Source: a virus (taxonomy: Duplodnaviria > Caudoviricetes). Taken from it: a DNA stretch of 64,000 nucleotides. Numbering within the stretch: the stretch's first letter is position 1; every line of letters starts with the position of its first letter. Of the stretch, positions 28,986 to 38,602 are shown in pieces. The stretch lies in the IMG/VR virus record IMGVR_UViG_2574179762_000001, positions 32,001 to 96,000 of that record. One strand, written 5' to 3'. A program made the position numbers and the translations under genes. Below the pieces are notes generated by a model. That model did no database searches. It saw only the letters and a list, made by a program, of their open reading frames with translations, and was not told where the DNA came from.

Positions 28986-29624
28986 ATGCCTGGGCGGCGC
29001 GAGGCCCCGCCCCTGAACTTGGCCAGCTTCCCGCTGATGCTGGCCAAGCGCGGCGTGATGCCGCACGGTGACGACTGGCTCTACGAACTGAAATACGACG
29101 GGTATCGCCTGCTGGCGCGGACGGGCGACCCGGCGGTACGCCTGCGTGAAGGTGGCGACGCTACCAGCTGGTTCCCTGAACTGCACATCCCCTTGGCGGC
29201 CCTGCCCGCGGGCTGCGTGCTCGACGCCGAGGGCGTGGTGTTCGATGACATCGGCCGCCCCGACTTCAACGCCTTCCATGCGCGGGCCCTGCGCAGGCGC
29301 TGGTATCGCGGCGCGCCCCCTGTCGCCCTCGCCGCCTTCGACCTCCTGGTCCTGCGCGGGCGGGACATCCGAGACTGGCCCATAGAGAAACGCAAAGCGG
29401 CGCTGCAGAAGCTGCTAGGCGGGGTGACCGTTGGCCTGCTGTACGTGAGCGCCGTGGACGATGGTGAATGGCTCTACCAGCATGTGCGGGCCCTCGGCAT
29501 GGAGGGCATCGTCGCCAAGCGCGCCGGCAGCCTGTACCGGGGCGGCGCATCCGACGACTGGCGCAAGATCAAGGTGCCTGGCTACCACCGCCTAGGCAAG
29601 TTCCAGCGTGAACCTCTCGCTTGA
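28986..29624 (+). CDS. ATP-dependent DNA ligase adenylation domain (LigD-like, no OB domain)
   Basis: ELKYDGYR, LDAE, AFDLL, EGIVAKR, WRKIK. Confidence 0.85.
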   Translation: MPGRREAPPLNLASFPLMLAKRGVMPHGDDWLYELKYDGYRLLARTGDPAVRLREGGDATSWFPELHIPLAALPAGCVLDAEGVVFDDIGRPDFNAFHARALRRRWYRGAPPVALAAFDLLVLRGRDIRDWPIEKRKAALQKLLGGVTVGLLYVSAVDDGEWLYQHVRALGMEGIVAKRAGSLYRGGASDDWRKIKVPGYHRLGKFQREPLA

Positions 29625-29711
29625 CTGGTACGGGCGGACTGGCGCTGCGCAGTATTGGGTCCACCCGCGCATCCAGTGTAGTGGAGGGCGTGAAACGCTG
29701 GGCTTTGTCGA

Positions 29712-29936
29712 TTAGTCCGCCACCGCCGCATCGGTGCCCTCGTCCGGCTCAATGGACTTTGCGCAGTGATCGCGATCAATCCAGTTCAGGAATCGGCAGA
29801 GGATACAGCCCCATCTCCTGCCCTGCTGCATGGCCTTGCCGGCCCGGCTTGAGATCGTCTCATCGGGACTGCCGCCCGCGATGGTGTTGACGAGCTGGTC
29901 GAAGGATATGAGCAGGTTCCAAAGGTAGCGCTTCAT
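29712..29936 (-). CDS. Small phage protein at the end of the lysis cassette
   Basis: DQLVNTIAGGSPDETISSR motif. Confidence 0.8.
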   Translation of the reverse strand: MKRYLWNLLISFDQLVNTIAGGSPDETISSRAGKAMQQGRRWGCILCRFLNWIDRDHCAKSIEPDEGTDAAVAD

Positions 29937-30475
29937 GATCCCTCCGCCGGCTTCGTCCCACCCGTCAGGGCGTCGTATGACCGCTCGCAGGCTTGGCCGG
30001 CGATACGGGCGGTGTCTGCGTATTCAGCCAAGATTCCCGCGCGGCGGTCAGCCCTTTCAAGCACGTCGGCAAGCATTCCGATGGGATCGAAGGCTGTCTG
30101 GCCTGCGCCGGCAGCGGCGGGATTCTGGCCGGCTCGGCTGGCGGCGAGTAGGTCGGCAACGCGGGCGCGCAGCCGGTCAGCAGCGTCGCCAGCACTGCGA
30201 GCGTCGTTGCGCGCAGCCTCAAGTTCCTTCGTTGCGGCATTAGCAATCTCCGTTTGCGCCGCCGTGCGGCGTTGTTCCTCCAGGCGCGCGGCATCGACAG
30301 CCTTGACCTGGTCGAAGGCGGCCAACCTGGCGGCCTTCTCCCGATCGGTCTTCATTTCCTCGATCTGGCCGCCCAGGCGCCAGCCGTTGGTGACCCAGCC
30401 GGCGGCGAACAGCAGCGCGGCCAGCGCCCCGACCCCGATCGCGCGCCACGGTATGTTGGTCGGGATCGGGATCAT
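29933..30475 (-). CDS. i-spanin (Rz, DUF2514-like)
   Basis: N-terminal TM, coiled coil, ARIAGQACERSYDAL. Confidence 0.85.
   Translation of the reverse strand: MIPIPTNIPWRAIGVGALAALLFAAGWVTNGWRLGGQIEEMKTDREKAARLAAFDQVKAVDAARLEEQRRTAAQTEIANAATKELEAARNDARSAGDAADRLRARVADLLAASRAGQNPAAAGAGQTAFDPIGMLADVLERADRRAGILAEYADTARIAGQACERSYDALTGGTKPAEGS
29965..30240 (-). CDS. Embedded o-spanin lipoprotein (Rz1)
   Basis: Lipobox LTGC, Pro-rich, nested in Rz in an alternative frame. Confidence 0.8.
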   Translation of the reverse strand: MPQRRNLRLRATTLAVLATLLTGCAPALPTYSPPAEPARIPPLPAQARQPSIPSECLPTCLKGLTAARESWLNTQTPPVSPAKPASGHTTP

Positions 30476-30843
30476 GCTTCGTCCACGTCAGGCAGGTCGA
30501 CGGTGTGCCCGCTCAGGTGGTGCGTGCTGTCACCGAGGAAGGTGATCTGGCCGGGCTGCGCGCCATTGCATCCAACGAACGAATGGCAGCATCGCCTACC
30601 CTTGGAGCTCTCCCAGTCCTGCAACACACTCGGGGTCAGGACAGGACGCTCAAAATCACCATTGAATCCCCATTTCGGTTTGTTGGCCACGTGGGGCGAC
30701 GCCTCCGTTTCGCCAGGAGGGAGCCAGCCAACAGGAATCGTCTTGCCGATGGGCGTACCGTCCGGCCATAAGCAGCCCGGGCAATTGAACCGGATGCCGT
30801 AGAACTTCCCTTCGCTGTCGCGGACGATCTTGGCCTTGCTCAT
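30472..30843 (-). CDS. DUF6527-like protein
   Basis: CPGC...WGFNGD-x-x-x-P-x-x-TPSVL...CHSFV...GQITFLGD-x-TH. Confidence 0.75.
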   Translation of the reverse strand: MSKAKIVRDSEGKFYGIRFNCPGCLWPDGTPIGKTIPVGWLPPGETEASPHVANKPKWGFNGDFERPVLTPSVLQDWESSKGRRCCHSFVGCNGAQPGQITFLGDSTHHLSGHTVDLPDVDEA

Positions 30844-31316
30844 ACCTGCCTCCCTTCGCAGAACGCACGGGCTATTTGGCGCCGCGCCACGAGCCCACGC
30901 ACCACCTTGCCTTTGACGTTGACCCAGAGTGACAGCGCCGCACACGCGCCGGCCATATCGCCTGCATTCGCCTTGCGTGCCATGCTGCTGCTGCAGAACG
31001 CCTCCACGCCGATGTTGTAGGCGGTATCGACGAACGCCACCTTCTGCCCATCGGTCAGCGGCACATGCACGCACCCCATGACGCCCTCGGCATGCCGCGC
31101 GAGATCGGCGTCCAATTTGGCGGCGCACTCGTTCGGCGTGTAGGTCTTGCCCCAGATCGCGTCTTCTGTCGCGCCGGTGCAGTAGGTGAGCACGCCGCCA
31201 ATGTCGCGGTAGGTTTTGTAAACGGTGCCTTCGTTCGCTGGCACCACTTTCATCAGCACTGCAGCGGCCACCACCCCGACGATGGCCACCAGCCGGTTGC
31301 GCAGCGCGGGGTTCAT
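30840..31316 (-). CDS. GH24 lysozyme, probable SAR endolysin
   Basis: Hydrophobic N-terminus, EG-x5-YRD-x-GG-x-x-T-x-C-x-G, YNIG, GLVARR. Confidence 0.92.
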   Translation of the reverse strand: MNPALRNRLVAIVGVVAAAVLMKVVPANEGTVYKTYRDIGGVLTYCTGATEDAIWGKTYTPNECAAKLDADLARHAEGVMGCVHVPLTDGQKVAFVDTAYNIGVEAFCSSSMARKANAGDMAGACAALSLWVNVKGKVVRGLVARRQIARAFCEGRQV

Positions 31317-31564
31317 TTCCAAATTCCCTTGACCGTCGACCAGGCGGCCACGATGCCCGACACAGCCGCGGCGATATAGCCGATTGGCCGCACGGCCTTG
31401 CCGATCCAGTTCAGCGCCTTGAATGCCCCGGCCGCCGCCTGGAACGCCTCGACAATGTCGGCAGTGTTCGACTCCACTCGGGCGGTTGCCTCGGTGTTGA
31501 GCTTCAGCTCTGACTCGATCGTGTTGACCCGTGCTACCAACGCCTGAAAGTTTTCTTCGTTCAT
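31313..31564 (-). CDS. Holin/antiholin-like protein
   Basis: Coiled N-terminus, C-terminal TM, directly upstream of endolysin. Confidence 0.6.
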   Translation of the reverse strand: MNEENFQALVARVNTIESELKLNTEATARVESNTADIVEAFQAAAGAFKALNWIGKAVRPIGYIAAAVSGIVAAWSTVKGIWK

Positions 31565-31615
31565 GGTGTTGATCCCCGTCATAAGCCGCCAACCCGGCGG
31601 TACTTCATCAAATGG

Positions 31616-31816
31616 TCACGTGCAAATCATCACTACAGGTTGCTGCGCGACCGATACCGCTGGCGCCAACGAGAGCACCTCAATTGCAATCTGAGAGATT
31701 CGCCCCTTCGGATTGCTGATTGACAGCACCTCCGCTATCTCCTGGCTTACGCGCCCCTTCGGGTTCGGAATCGATATGACCTCGACAACAGTCTGGGAAT
31801 TGCGGGCTGCAGTCAT
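31616..31816 (-). CDS. 66-aa protein with three 18-aa repeats
   Basis: R-x-SQ-x3-EV(I/L)S repeated three times. Confidence 0.7.
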   Translation of the reverse strand: MTAARNSQTVVEVISIPNPKGRVSQEIAEVLSISNPKGRISQIAIEVLSLAPAVSVAQQPVVMICT

Positions 31817-32824
31817 TTACGCGCACTCCACACCAAACTCGGCAGCATTGAGATTGGTTTTGGTCCAAGCTGCGCTGGTAGCCGGATCTGTTTCGCGAAT
31901 CTCGCTGTAGTAGAGTTGCGAAGTGCCGAGCGCCTGCGCGGTACCCGAATAGTCTGTGCCGGCCGAGCGGGTCACAGCCTTCACCAATCGGTCCCCGGCA
32001 TCATCCTTCAGGGCAGCAATGCTCAGTTGCACCCCGAAAATATTGACCGGAGTGTGCGAAATATCGCTGAATCCATAGGTGTCCTTCTGCGTGACGGTGC
32101 TACTTTCCACGTAGTCGGTAGTGTTCGGCGTCGCATCGTCGACCAGCGTGTAATGCGTGGAGCCCGAACTCGTCGCCCATGCAGCGTTGGCGCCATCCGA
32201 TGTCGGATACAAGGTGTCGATGCGGACGTCGCCCAGGAAGTTATTGTTGCTCGATCCACTCTGGTCGCAGACATAGAGGTCATCGAACGTCATAGCGTTG
32301 TTGTTGCCGACCGCCCCTAATCGGATCTGATTTGCCGAAGCATTGGCTGTACTCTTTGTGTCTTGGCCAGTTGCCACGGTTATCCAATCGACTCCATTCA
32401 CGCGCACCTTGCACGAGTTGGCCGAGATAGAGTCGGCAATGGTGACTTTGAACTCGATGAAGTAGAAATTGCCAGTTGTAAGCGCAGAAGTTGACGTTCC
32501 CCCAGAAAGCGCCGTGCCATTGCGCGTCACAGACAACGTCCCATCCAAATTCAATCGCAAGTCGCACTGTACGTTGCCAGCATCCAGCAACGTAAATATT
32601 ACCTGCGAAGCGAGGGCACTAAAATTTACGGCGCTGCCAACTACAAAGCTGGCACTCGGAGGAAGAGTCTTGATGGCATGCGATGTTCCAGGGACCGACA
32701 TCGCGCCGCCGCCGCGCCGTCCTGACGTTGCACCGATGGATACCGCACCGAACAAAGAGGTCCACTTCTTCGTGATATCCGCCGTCGCGTAGTGGTCATA
32801 CCCATCCATAAAGATCAGTGACAT
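31817..32824 (-). CDS. Putative receptor-binding tail protein (LamG/ConA-like)
   Basis: T/S/G-rich beta protein, FYFIEFKV, FDDLYV. Confidence 0.7.
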   Translation of the reverse strand: MSLIFMDGYDHYATADITKKWTSLFGAVSIGATSGRRGGGAMSVPGTSHAIKTLPPSASFVVGSAVNFSALASQVIFTLLDAGNVQCDLRLNLDGTLSVTRNGTALSGGTSTSALTTGNFYFIEFKVTIADSISANSCKVRVNGVDWITVATGQDTKSTANASANQIRLGAVGNNNAMTFDDLYVCDQSGSSNNNFLGDVRIDTLYPTSDGANAAWATSSGSTHYTLVDDATPNTTDYVESSTVTQKDTYGFSDISHTPVNIFGVQLSIAALKDDAGDRLVKAVTRSAGTDYSGTAQALGTSQLYYSEIRETDPATSAAWTKTNLNAAEFGVECA

Positions 32825-32834
32825 TCCATTGCCC

Positions 32835-34136
32835 CTATCGAGTTCCTGCTAGCGAAAAGCCGATATCTGCCAGCGTCGCGTCGGGCGTTGCTGGCGCTAC
32901 CACCCTGAGGATGTCGCCGGCAGCGAAGGTCGTCTGCGACGCCATGATGAAAGTCGCGGTCGTGGCGCCCGCTGCGAATCGCATAGTTCCCACGGATGCG
33001 CCGTTCTTCTGGATATCGAAGTCCGTCTGGGCCGTAGCGGCCGTGCCCGCAGCGCCTCGGCTGTTCGTCAGGCCCGCGGGGAAAATGACTTGGCGCGGGA
33101 ATGGCAAGCGCACGAGCACCGCGCTTGCCGCCGGTACGCCGTTGTAGGTTCCGCCCACGTCGTAGGGCGGATCGTAGAACTCGATGCCAGTCTCGTCGGA
33201 TTTCACCCGCACCGACTTGCCAGCCTTTCCCGAATAGCTGGCAGGCGCATCGCTCAAGCCTGTGAAAGTCGTGGCGCCAACATTTCCCGCCGCCTTCACA
33301 TTGGTCCCGTCCTGGTACAACTGGGCAACGCTCCCTTGCGCCACTGCCACACCGGTTCCGGTGGCCCCCTTGATGGTTACCGTGAAGCTCCCGGTGGTGT
33401 TATTGGTGACAATCCACGCCCGTGGACCGGTACCCAGCGGGACAATGACGTTGATGTTTGCGGTGATAGCGCCCGTCAGGTTTATCACCTGATTGTTTGC
33501 CTCAGTCGCGGTCAACGTCACATCGACTCCACCGGCAACGTCCTTGTTCAGTCTTCCCGTCAGGAATATCCGCGCAAGTTCTCCAAGGACAGCCTTGCCC
33601 TCCCCGGCTTCAAGCCGCTCGTCGAGCGAGTTGTAGGTTGTTCCAAGGGCGGTGCTTATCAGAGCAGCCAGGAAGTCCGCCGCATTCGGGAACACCGGTG
33701 CCACGCGGGTAATGGCGCCGAACGCTGAGCCGGTCCAGACCACCGAGTAAATAGGCTCTGCCGAGGACGTGACCACATTCGGCTGGCCACCGGCGTCCAC
33801 TTCCACGTAGTAGGTGGCGGCCGACTTGCCGGAGAAACTCAAGGTGGCCGCGCTCACCAACTGCAGCACCTTCGAGAGCGAGATGCGCCACGTATAGCCC
33901 GGCTGCATCGTCAGGTTCGACCCGCTTGTCGACGGAGCGAAGCTGCCGTAGCCAATCAGAGCCGTTGACCCGAACATGCCCTCAAACGCCGTGACCGCAG
34001 TGGCAGCGCTGGACGCACCGCCCTGTGTGGCGGCCTGCAGCGCGTCCACGGCGGCCTTGATGATCCCGTAGTTGCCGTTGTGCTTGGAGATGTAGTTGGC
34101 ATCACCGATGGAAAAGGTTGCGAGTTCAATGGTCAC
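32835..34136 (-). CDS. Tail fiber / adaptor protein
   Basis: LTGAITANINVIVP...NNTTG, FTGLSDAPASYSG repeat. Confidence 0.75.
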   Translation of the reverse strand: MTIELATFSIGDANYISKHNGNYGIIKAAVDALQAATQGGASSAATAVTAFEGMFGSTALIGYGSFAPSTSGSNLTMQPGYTWRISLSKVLQLVSAATLSFSGKSAATYYVEVDAGGQPNVVTSSAEPIYSVVWTGSAFGAITRVAPVFPNAADFLAALISTALGTTYNSLDERLEAGEGKAVLGELARIFLTGRLNKDVAGGVDVTLTATEANNQVINLTGAITANINVIVPLGTGPRAWIVTNNTTGSFTVTIKGATGTGVAVAQGSVAQLYQDGTNVKAAGNVGATTFTGLSDAPASYSGKAGKSVRVKSDETGIEFYDPPYDVGGTYNGVPAASAVLVRLPFPRQVIFPAGLTNSRGAAGTAATAQTDFDIQKNGASVGTMRFAAGATTATFIMASQTTFAAGDILRVVAPATPDATLADIGFSLAGTR

Positions 34137-34592
34137 TTAGCGAATCTCCTGAAGAACGCCGCCCCGGAAGATCGCCGAGGAACCATAAGGCACGACGCCA
34201 TAGCCACCGTAGGTGGCCAGCTCACCATAGGACAGCGGCCGACCATCGATCGTGAGATCAACGATGGAGCCCACCGACAGGTCCGCCAAATTGACGTTGA
34301 CCACCGTGTAGGTACCGGGAAGCTCCTTCGAGAAGCCCACCACCTCATACTGGCCGGTGGCAGATCGTCTCAGCCGGCAGGCGTTGCCGGTGTCGGCATA
34401 GAGGAGTTCATCGTTGCCGCGTGCGATCGGCACATTGCGCAGCGGATCCTTCTCGCCGATATCGACGTCAACGGCATAGATGGTGTTCAGGCCGTCCGTT
34501 ACCAGCAGCGCTGGCCGGGTCAGGATCTTGCCGTCCATCTCGGCCCTGGCATCACGGATCTGCGCCGAGACCAGATTGGTGAGGATGCTCAT
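34137..34592 (-). CDS. Tail tip protein
   Basis: Position in tail module; LRNVPIA OB-like motif. Confidence 0.65.
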   Translation of the reverse strand: MSILTNLVSAQIRDARAEMDGKILTRPALLVTDGLNTIYAVDVDIGEKDPLRNVPIARGNDELLYADTGNACRLRRSATGQYEVVGFSKELPGTYTVVNVNLADLSVGSIVDLTIDGRPLSYGELATYGGYGVVPYGSSAIFRGGVLQEIR

Positions 34593-36043
34593 GCGACAAA
34601 CCCCTGTAGCTCAAGAACCGCTGGCGCGTTGCGTGCCAGGTTGCGGGTGTAGTCAGTGACGCAAAAGCACGTACCGTCCGGAAGCTGCAGGATGTCGCCC
34701 GGCTCGATGCGAGGATCGTCGACGATAGAGGCGCCCCACGACGTCGCGCTGCGCGCTCGGTACGCCAGCTCACGCACCGCCACTGCCTGGGCGTGGGCCT
34801 CATTCACGATCAGATCATTCTCGATGTCCTCGACGTTCTCGGTCCAAATCGACGCAGCGCTGTTCTTCGCCTCAGTGGTATTGCGGCCGTGCACGAAGTC
34901 GTATGGCGTGCCCCAGACCTCATAGATCCCGGTGCCGATGGAAGCCAGAATCAGCAGCACCACCAGCTCGGCCGCGCCGTGGACAATCTTGCCGACCGGC
35001 GCCGTCGGCCCGCCAAACGGCGGCGCAATGTCCGGCAGCGCGCTGTACACCTTCATGGCGAGAATCAGCCCGACGAGGGTCGGCGCCCATGCCACCGTGG
35101 TCAGCAGGATCTCGCCACTGGTGGTCGTGAGCTGCTTGTACTCCTCGTCGCAGACGGGCAGCAACCCGCCATTGGCGGACTGTTTGATCACCAGCCTGGT
35201 GTTCTCCGCTCGCTGGGTAGCGTCATCGGAGAACGAGATGCTCTTGCGCTGATGCAGTTGAAAGAACCCAGCCGTGATGGTCGCGTCAGCCAGCTTGGCA
35301 TCCTGCTGCGCCACCTTTGTCAGTTGAGGATCCAGCCACTTGAGCCGCAAGCTTGACAGTGCGGGCACTGAGCGGCCACCGCTGACCGCGACAATGCGTG
35401 CCTCATCGAGCACGATGTCCGTTGCGCGCCCAAGCTCGCGAGATTGAGTCGTTAGACGCCCCAGTCCGTCGAAGCGCGGTGCGAGCCCGAGGGGCAGCAG
35501 CAGCTGCTCAAGCATGTCCCAGGCGGTCAGGTCCGCGAGCTGGGTATTGCTATGCATCGTCGTGACTGGCGATGGGGGAAGGATGATCTCGTCATCGTTG
35601 AGCCCGAGTGCCCGTCCGATCTGTCGCGCAATCTCGGTCAGCGGCGTCGCCACGGGGAAGAAGTCCGTCACCCGCCGCACGCTACGCCAGGCCGGCGTGG
35701 CATCTGGACTACGGGCGGTCAGCGTGAGCCGGCGCGTGCCACGCTCGATCCGATAGTCGTTGACTGATTCGATGATCCCCAGCCACAGGATCTGGCCATC
35801 CAGCTTCAACTCGAGAATCTGCCCGGCCTTTGGTTGGCTGGCGCCGTACAGCTCAAGATGCCAGGTCAGCGAGGCGGAAAGCTCGCGCGGCGACTGGCGC
35901 AGCGTCTCGGAAACGTAGGCCGACAGGTCGATGGCATCGGTGGCAGCACCGGTGCGCACATCACGGATGGATGCCGTCGGGTGGAGAATCAGCGCCACCG
36001 TGCGCAGCGCGTCCTTGTCGACCGGAGACCAGCGCCCGTCCAT
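34589..36043 (-). CDS. Baseplate hub / tail tip protein
   Basis: 484 aa, C-terminal DPRIEPGDIL typical of hub proteins. Confidence 0.65.
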   Translation of the reverse strand: MDGRWSPVDKDALRTVALILHPTASIRDVRTGAATDAIDLSAYVSETLRQSPRELSASLTWHLELYGASQPKAGQILELKLDGQILWLGIIESVNDYRIERGTRRLTLTARSPDATPAWRSVRRVTDFFPVATPLTEIARQIGRALGLNDDEIILPPSPVTTMHSNTQLADLTAWDMLEQLLLPLGLAPRFDGLGRLTTQSRELGRATDIVLDEARIVAVSGGRSVPALSSLRLKWLDPQLTKVAQQDAKLADATITAGFFQLHQRKSISFSDDATQRAENTRLVIKQSANGGLLPVCDEEYKQLTTTSGEILLTTVAWAPTLVGLILAMKVYSALPDIAPPFGGPTAPVGKIVHGAAELVVLLILASIGTGIYEVWGTPYDFVHGRNTTEAKNSAASIWTENVEDIENDLIVNEAHAQAVAVRELAYRARSATSWGASIVDDPRIEPGDILQLPDGTCFCVTDYTRNLARNAPAVLELQGFVA

Positions 36044-36588
36044 TACAGTTTCCCCAGGATGCGCAAGCGCAGTTCAACGTCGAAATTGATGTAGCCTGCC
36101 TCATTGAAGATCACGTGGTTCAGCGAGATGCCGTCCCCGCCCCCTACAGTCAGCGACACCAACGCCACCTCGTAACCGTTGGCGTTGACGTAGCTGGGAT
36201 ACCAATTCACCCGCGCTACCGCGGGATCGGGCGGATTCGACCAGTGAGCAACCAGCATGCGCAGCTGATCGACCGTCATCGATAGGCCGCCATCGGCATT
36301 CCAGCGCTCGACCACCTCAACGTCGCGCAGCTTGCCTTGCCAAAGCGTATTCGAGGCCCCGCCGAGGGTGCGCGTGCTTGCCCAGGTCGGCGCGATGATC
36401 GCGTCGCCATCCATATTGGTCCACTGATCGGGCGCCCGCGCGTAGTCGTAGGTGCCGAGTGTTGGATGCACAAGCCGACCATTACCGACTGCTGCGCCGA
36501 CCGCCGGCAACACTGAAATCGTGATCTGCTCGGTCCCGGTGGACGCATCGCCTATAGTGAAGCTCGCAGAGCTGGTCAGGACGGTCAT
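36043..36588 (-). CDS. Minor tail (distal-tail-like) protein
   Basis: Size and position. Confidence 0.6.
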   Translation of the reverse strand: MTVLTSSASFTIGDASTGTEQITISVLPAVGAAVGNGRLVHPTLGTYDYARAPDQWTNMDGDAIIAPTWASTRTLGGASNTLWQGKLRDVEVVERWNADGGLSMTVDQLRMLVAHWSNPPDPAVARVNWYPSYVNANGYEVALVSLTVGGGDGISLNHVIFNEAGYINFDVELRLRILGKL

Positions 36589-37679
36589 AGTGCATCCTCC
36601 ACCGTTGCGCTAGCGCTCAGGTCCATCGACCCCGGGGCGTCGCAGTGAATCGTTGCAGCAGCTTCCCCATGCCCATCTGAGCCAGCGGGATGCCGTACGA
36701 TCGAGGCGTCTCCAACTACGGACAGAACCACTGAGGCGCCCGAAACTGGCTCACCAGCGTCACCCACCACACGTACCAGCACCGGCACGTTTCGGTCTTT
36801 TCGCGGGGCCTTCAGCGGTAGCGGCTTTGTCAGGTGAGTGCCAAGCGGCACCGGATACCAGCCTCGAATCACCGACTGGCAAGCGCCATCAACCGCGTCG
36901 TCGACCACCTGAAATGCCAATAGTCGGCGATATATGCGATCCCAAGCGTAGACGACGTCGCTACCGGCTGGGGCGGGCGATCGCACCGTATGCAGAACCT
37001 CTCCGGTGGCGTAGTCCACAAGGTTCAGTAGCCCATTAGCTGTTGCCACATAACAGCGGCGCTCGTCCTCCGGCAGGATATCCGTCGGCGTCCCGGCAAC
37101 ATTGATGTGGCGAATCAGCGCGCCAGTCGTCCAGTTATAGACGCCAATCTTATTGGCCCCGCCCTCGCTGCTGGTATAGAGCACAGCTAGGTTCTGTTGC
37201 CGGTCAACCATGGCAACGTGGACGCCAAACGCCCCGAAATCGGCGGGATCGCGTCGCGTGCCAGGAATCTCTGCATAGCTGATGCCGTCCACCTCAAAGA
37301 AGCTTCCCGTGATGGAGTGCTGCCAGAGCGAGCCATCACGCGCCTGGACGAACCCGTAGTCGAAGAGACTCCCAGGGTTAGCCCCTCGGCCCATGAACTC
37401 GCCGGTCACCGCATTGAACTTCCACCACATGGTTTCGAAGCCCGGCCAGTAAATCCGACCAGTCACGCCGACCACCACGATGACTGCATCAGCTGTCGCT
37501 GTCTTCTCTTGAGTCACAAACATCCCATATACGCCGCCCAATGTCTCGGCATAGATTCTTGGAGGCGTTACGAGATGCCCGTTGTATAGCGCTCCGAGCC
37601 CTGACCCGCTCGGTATACCCGCCCACTCTGCCGGCAGCCGATAGCGGATGGGGCTCGATTGAAATATCTGGCGAAACAT
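36585..37679 (-). CDS. Tail protein: beta-propeller-like + Big-1 Ig domain
   Basis: C-terminal VRVVGDAGEPVSGASV...SDGHGEA. Confidence 0.65.
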   Translation of the reverse strand: MFRQIFQSSPIRYRLPAEWAGIPSGSGLGALYNGHLVTPPRIYAETLGGVYGMFVTQEKTATADAVIVVVGVTGRIYWPGFETMWWKFNAVTGEFMGRGANPGSLFDYGFVQARDGSLWQHSITGSFFEVDGISYAEIPGTRRDPADFGAFGVHVAMVDRQQNLAVLYTSSEGGANKIGVYNWTTGALIRHINVAGTPTDILPEDERRCYVATANGLLNLVDYATGEVLHTVRSPAPAGSDVVYAWDRIYRRLLAFQVVDDAVDGACQSVIRGWYPVPLGTHLTKPLPLKAPRKDRNVPVLVRVVGDAGEPVSGASVVLSVVGDASIVRHPAGSDGHGEAAATIHCDAPGSMDLSASATVEDAL

Positions 37680-38602
37680 CAGAATTTCACCTCCGCCGTA
37701 ATCGTCGGCATTCCACCGGCGGCATTTGGCGCGATATAGGTATTCCACGCCCACCCATTGCTGTCCGTCGCGCTTTGCAGAAGCTCCAACGCGCCCGGGC
37801 CGATCAGTGCCCAATCGACGGTCTCGTCCTTGCACGGCTCGCTGTTCGAGCCGAGAACGCGGGTCTTGATGGAGCTTGCACGACCCTTTGCCAGCGGCGT
37901 GACTGCAACCGGATCGGAGATCGTCGCCGGGCGCGGGGAGCTGGCGAACACAGTGAGCTGAGCACCAACCAGCGCCACGAAGATGTCATGCCGTGGGCTA
38001 TACCAAGCACCTACATTGGCACCGATGAATGCGACACCACCGACCTGCGTCTTCTTGACCCAATCGTAGAAGACCACCGTGCCGTTGCCGAACGCGACTG
38101 CGAGGACGTTGGTATCGCGAGTACGGGATATCGTCGCGCTGTCACCGATAGCGGCGCCGCTGAGACTGGCCTCGTATGCCCAAGAGCCAACGAGCGTGAG
38201 GGGCTTCGATTGCACGTTCGTGCCCGCGAAGTGGAGGTAGCGATCCGGCGTGCGCACCTGCGCTCCGACTACATAGCCCGTGGCTTCCGAGCCAAGGACC
38301 AAATCGCCAAAAGTGGCAGCTCGCTTGTTGAACTTGTAGAGCCTGCTTTCTTCGGAGGAATCGTGGACCAGGTACTCACCGGGATTCTGCAGGTCCAGTG
38401 CAAATGCATTGGCACGTGCCTGAGCTGCTCGAAGGTAGGCGTGGCCATCCAACTGAACCACGTGCAAGCCGCCCTTGGCGAAACTGAACGTGTAGAGGCC
38501 AATGTCATCGTCGTAAAGCGCAGAACCACCCGCCGATGGGTCTGTGACCAACGAACCGTTCGCCACGATATTGAAAGGACCCGCCAGCAGTTCAAGTGCC
38601 AT
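37679..38602 (-). CDS. Tail protein: beta-propeller-like + Big-1 Ig domain
   Basis: C-terminal RVLGSNSEP...VDW...TDSNGWA. Confidence 0.65.
   Translation of the reverse strand: MALELLAGPFNIVANGSLVTDPSAGGSALYDDDIGLYTFSFAKGGLHVVQLDGHAYLRAAQARANAFALDLQNPGEYLVHDSSEESRLYKFNKRAATFGDLVLGSEATGYVVGAQVRTPDRYLHFAGTNVQSKPLTLVGSWAYEASLSGAAIGDSATISRTRDTNVLAVAFGNGTVVFYDWVKKTQVGGVAFIGANVGAWYSPRHDIFVALVGAQLTVFASSPRPATISDPVAVTPLAKGRASSIKTRVLGSNSEPCKDETVDWALIGPGALELLQSATDSNGWAWNTYIAPNAAGGMPTITAEVKF

Noticed and set aside
28986-29624. Complete NHEJ system
   Set aside because: No Ku, polymerase or OB-fold domain in the window
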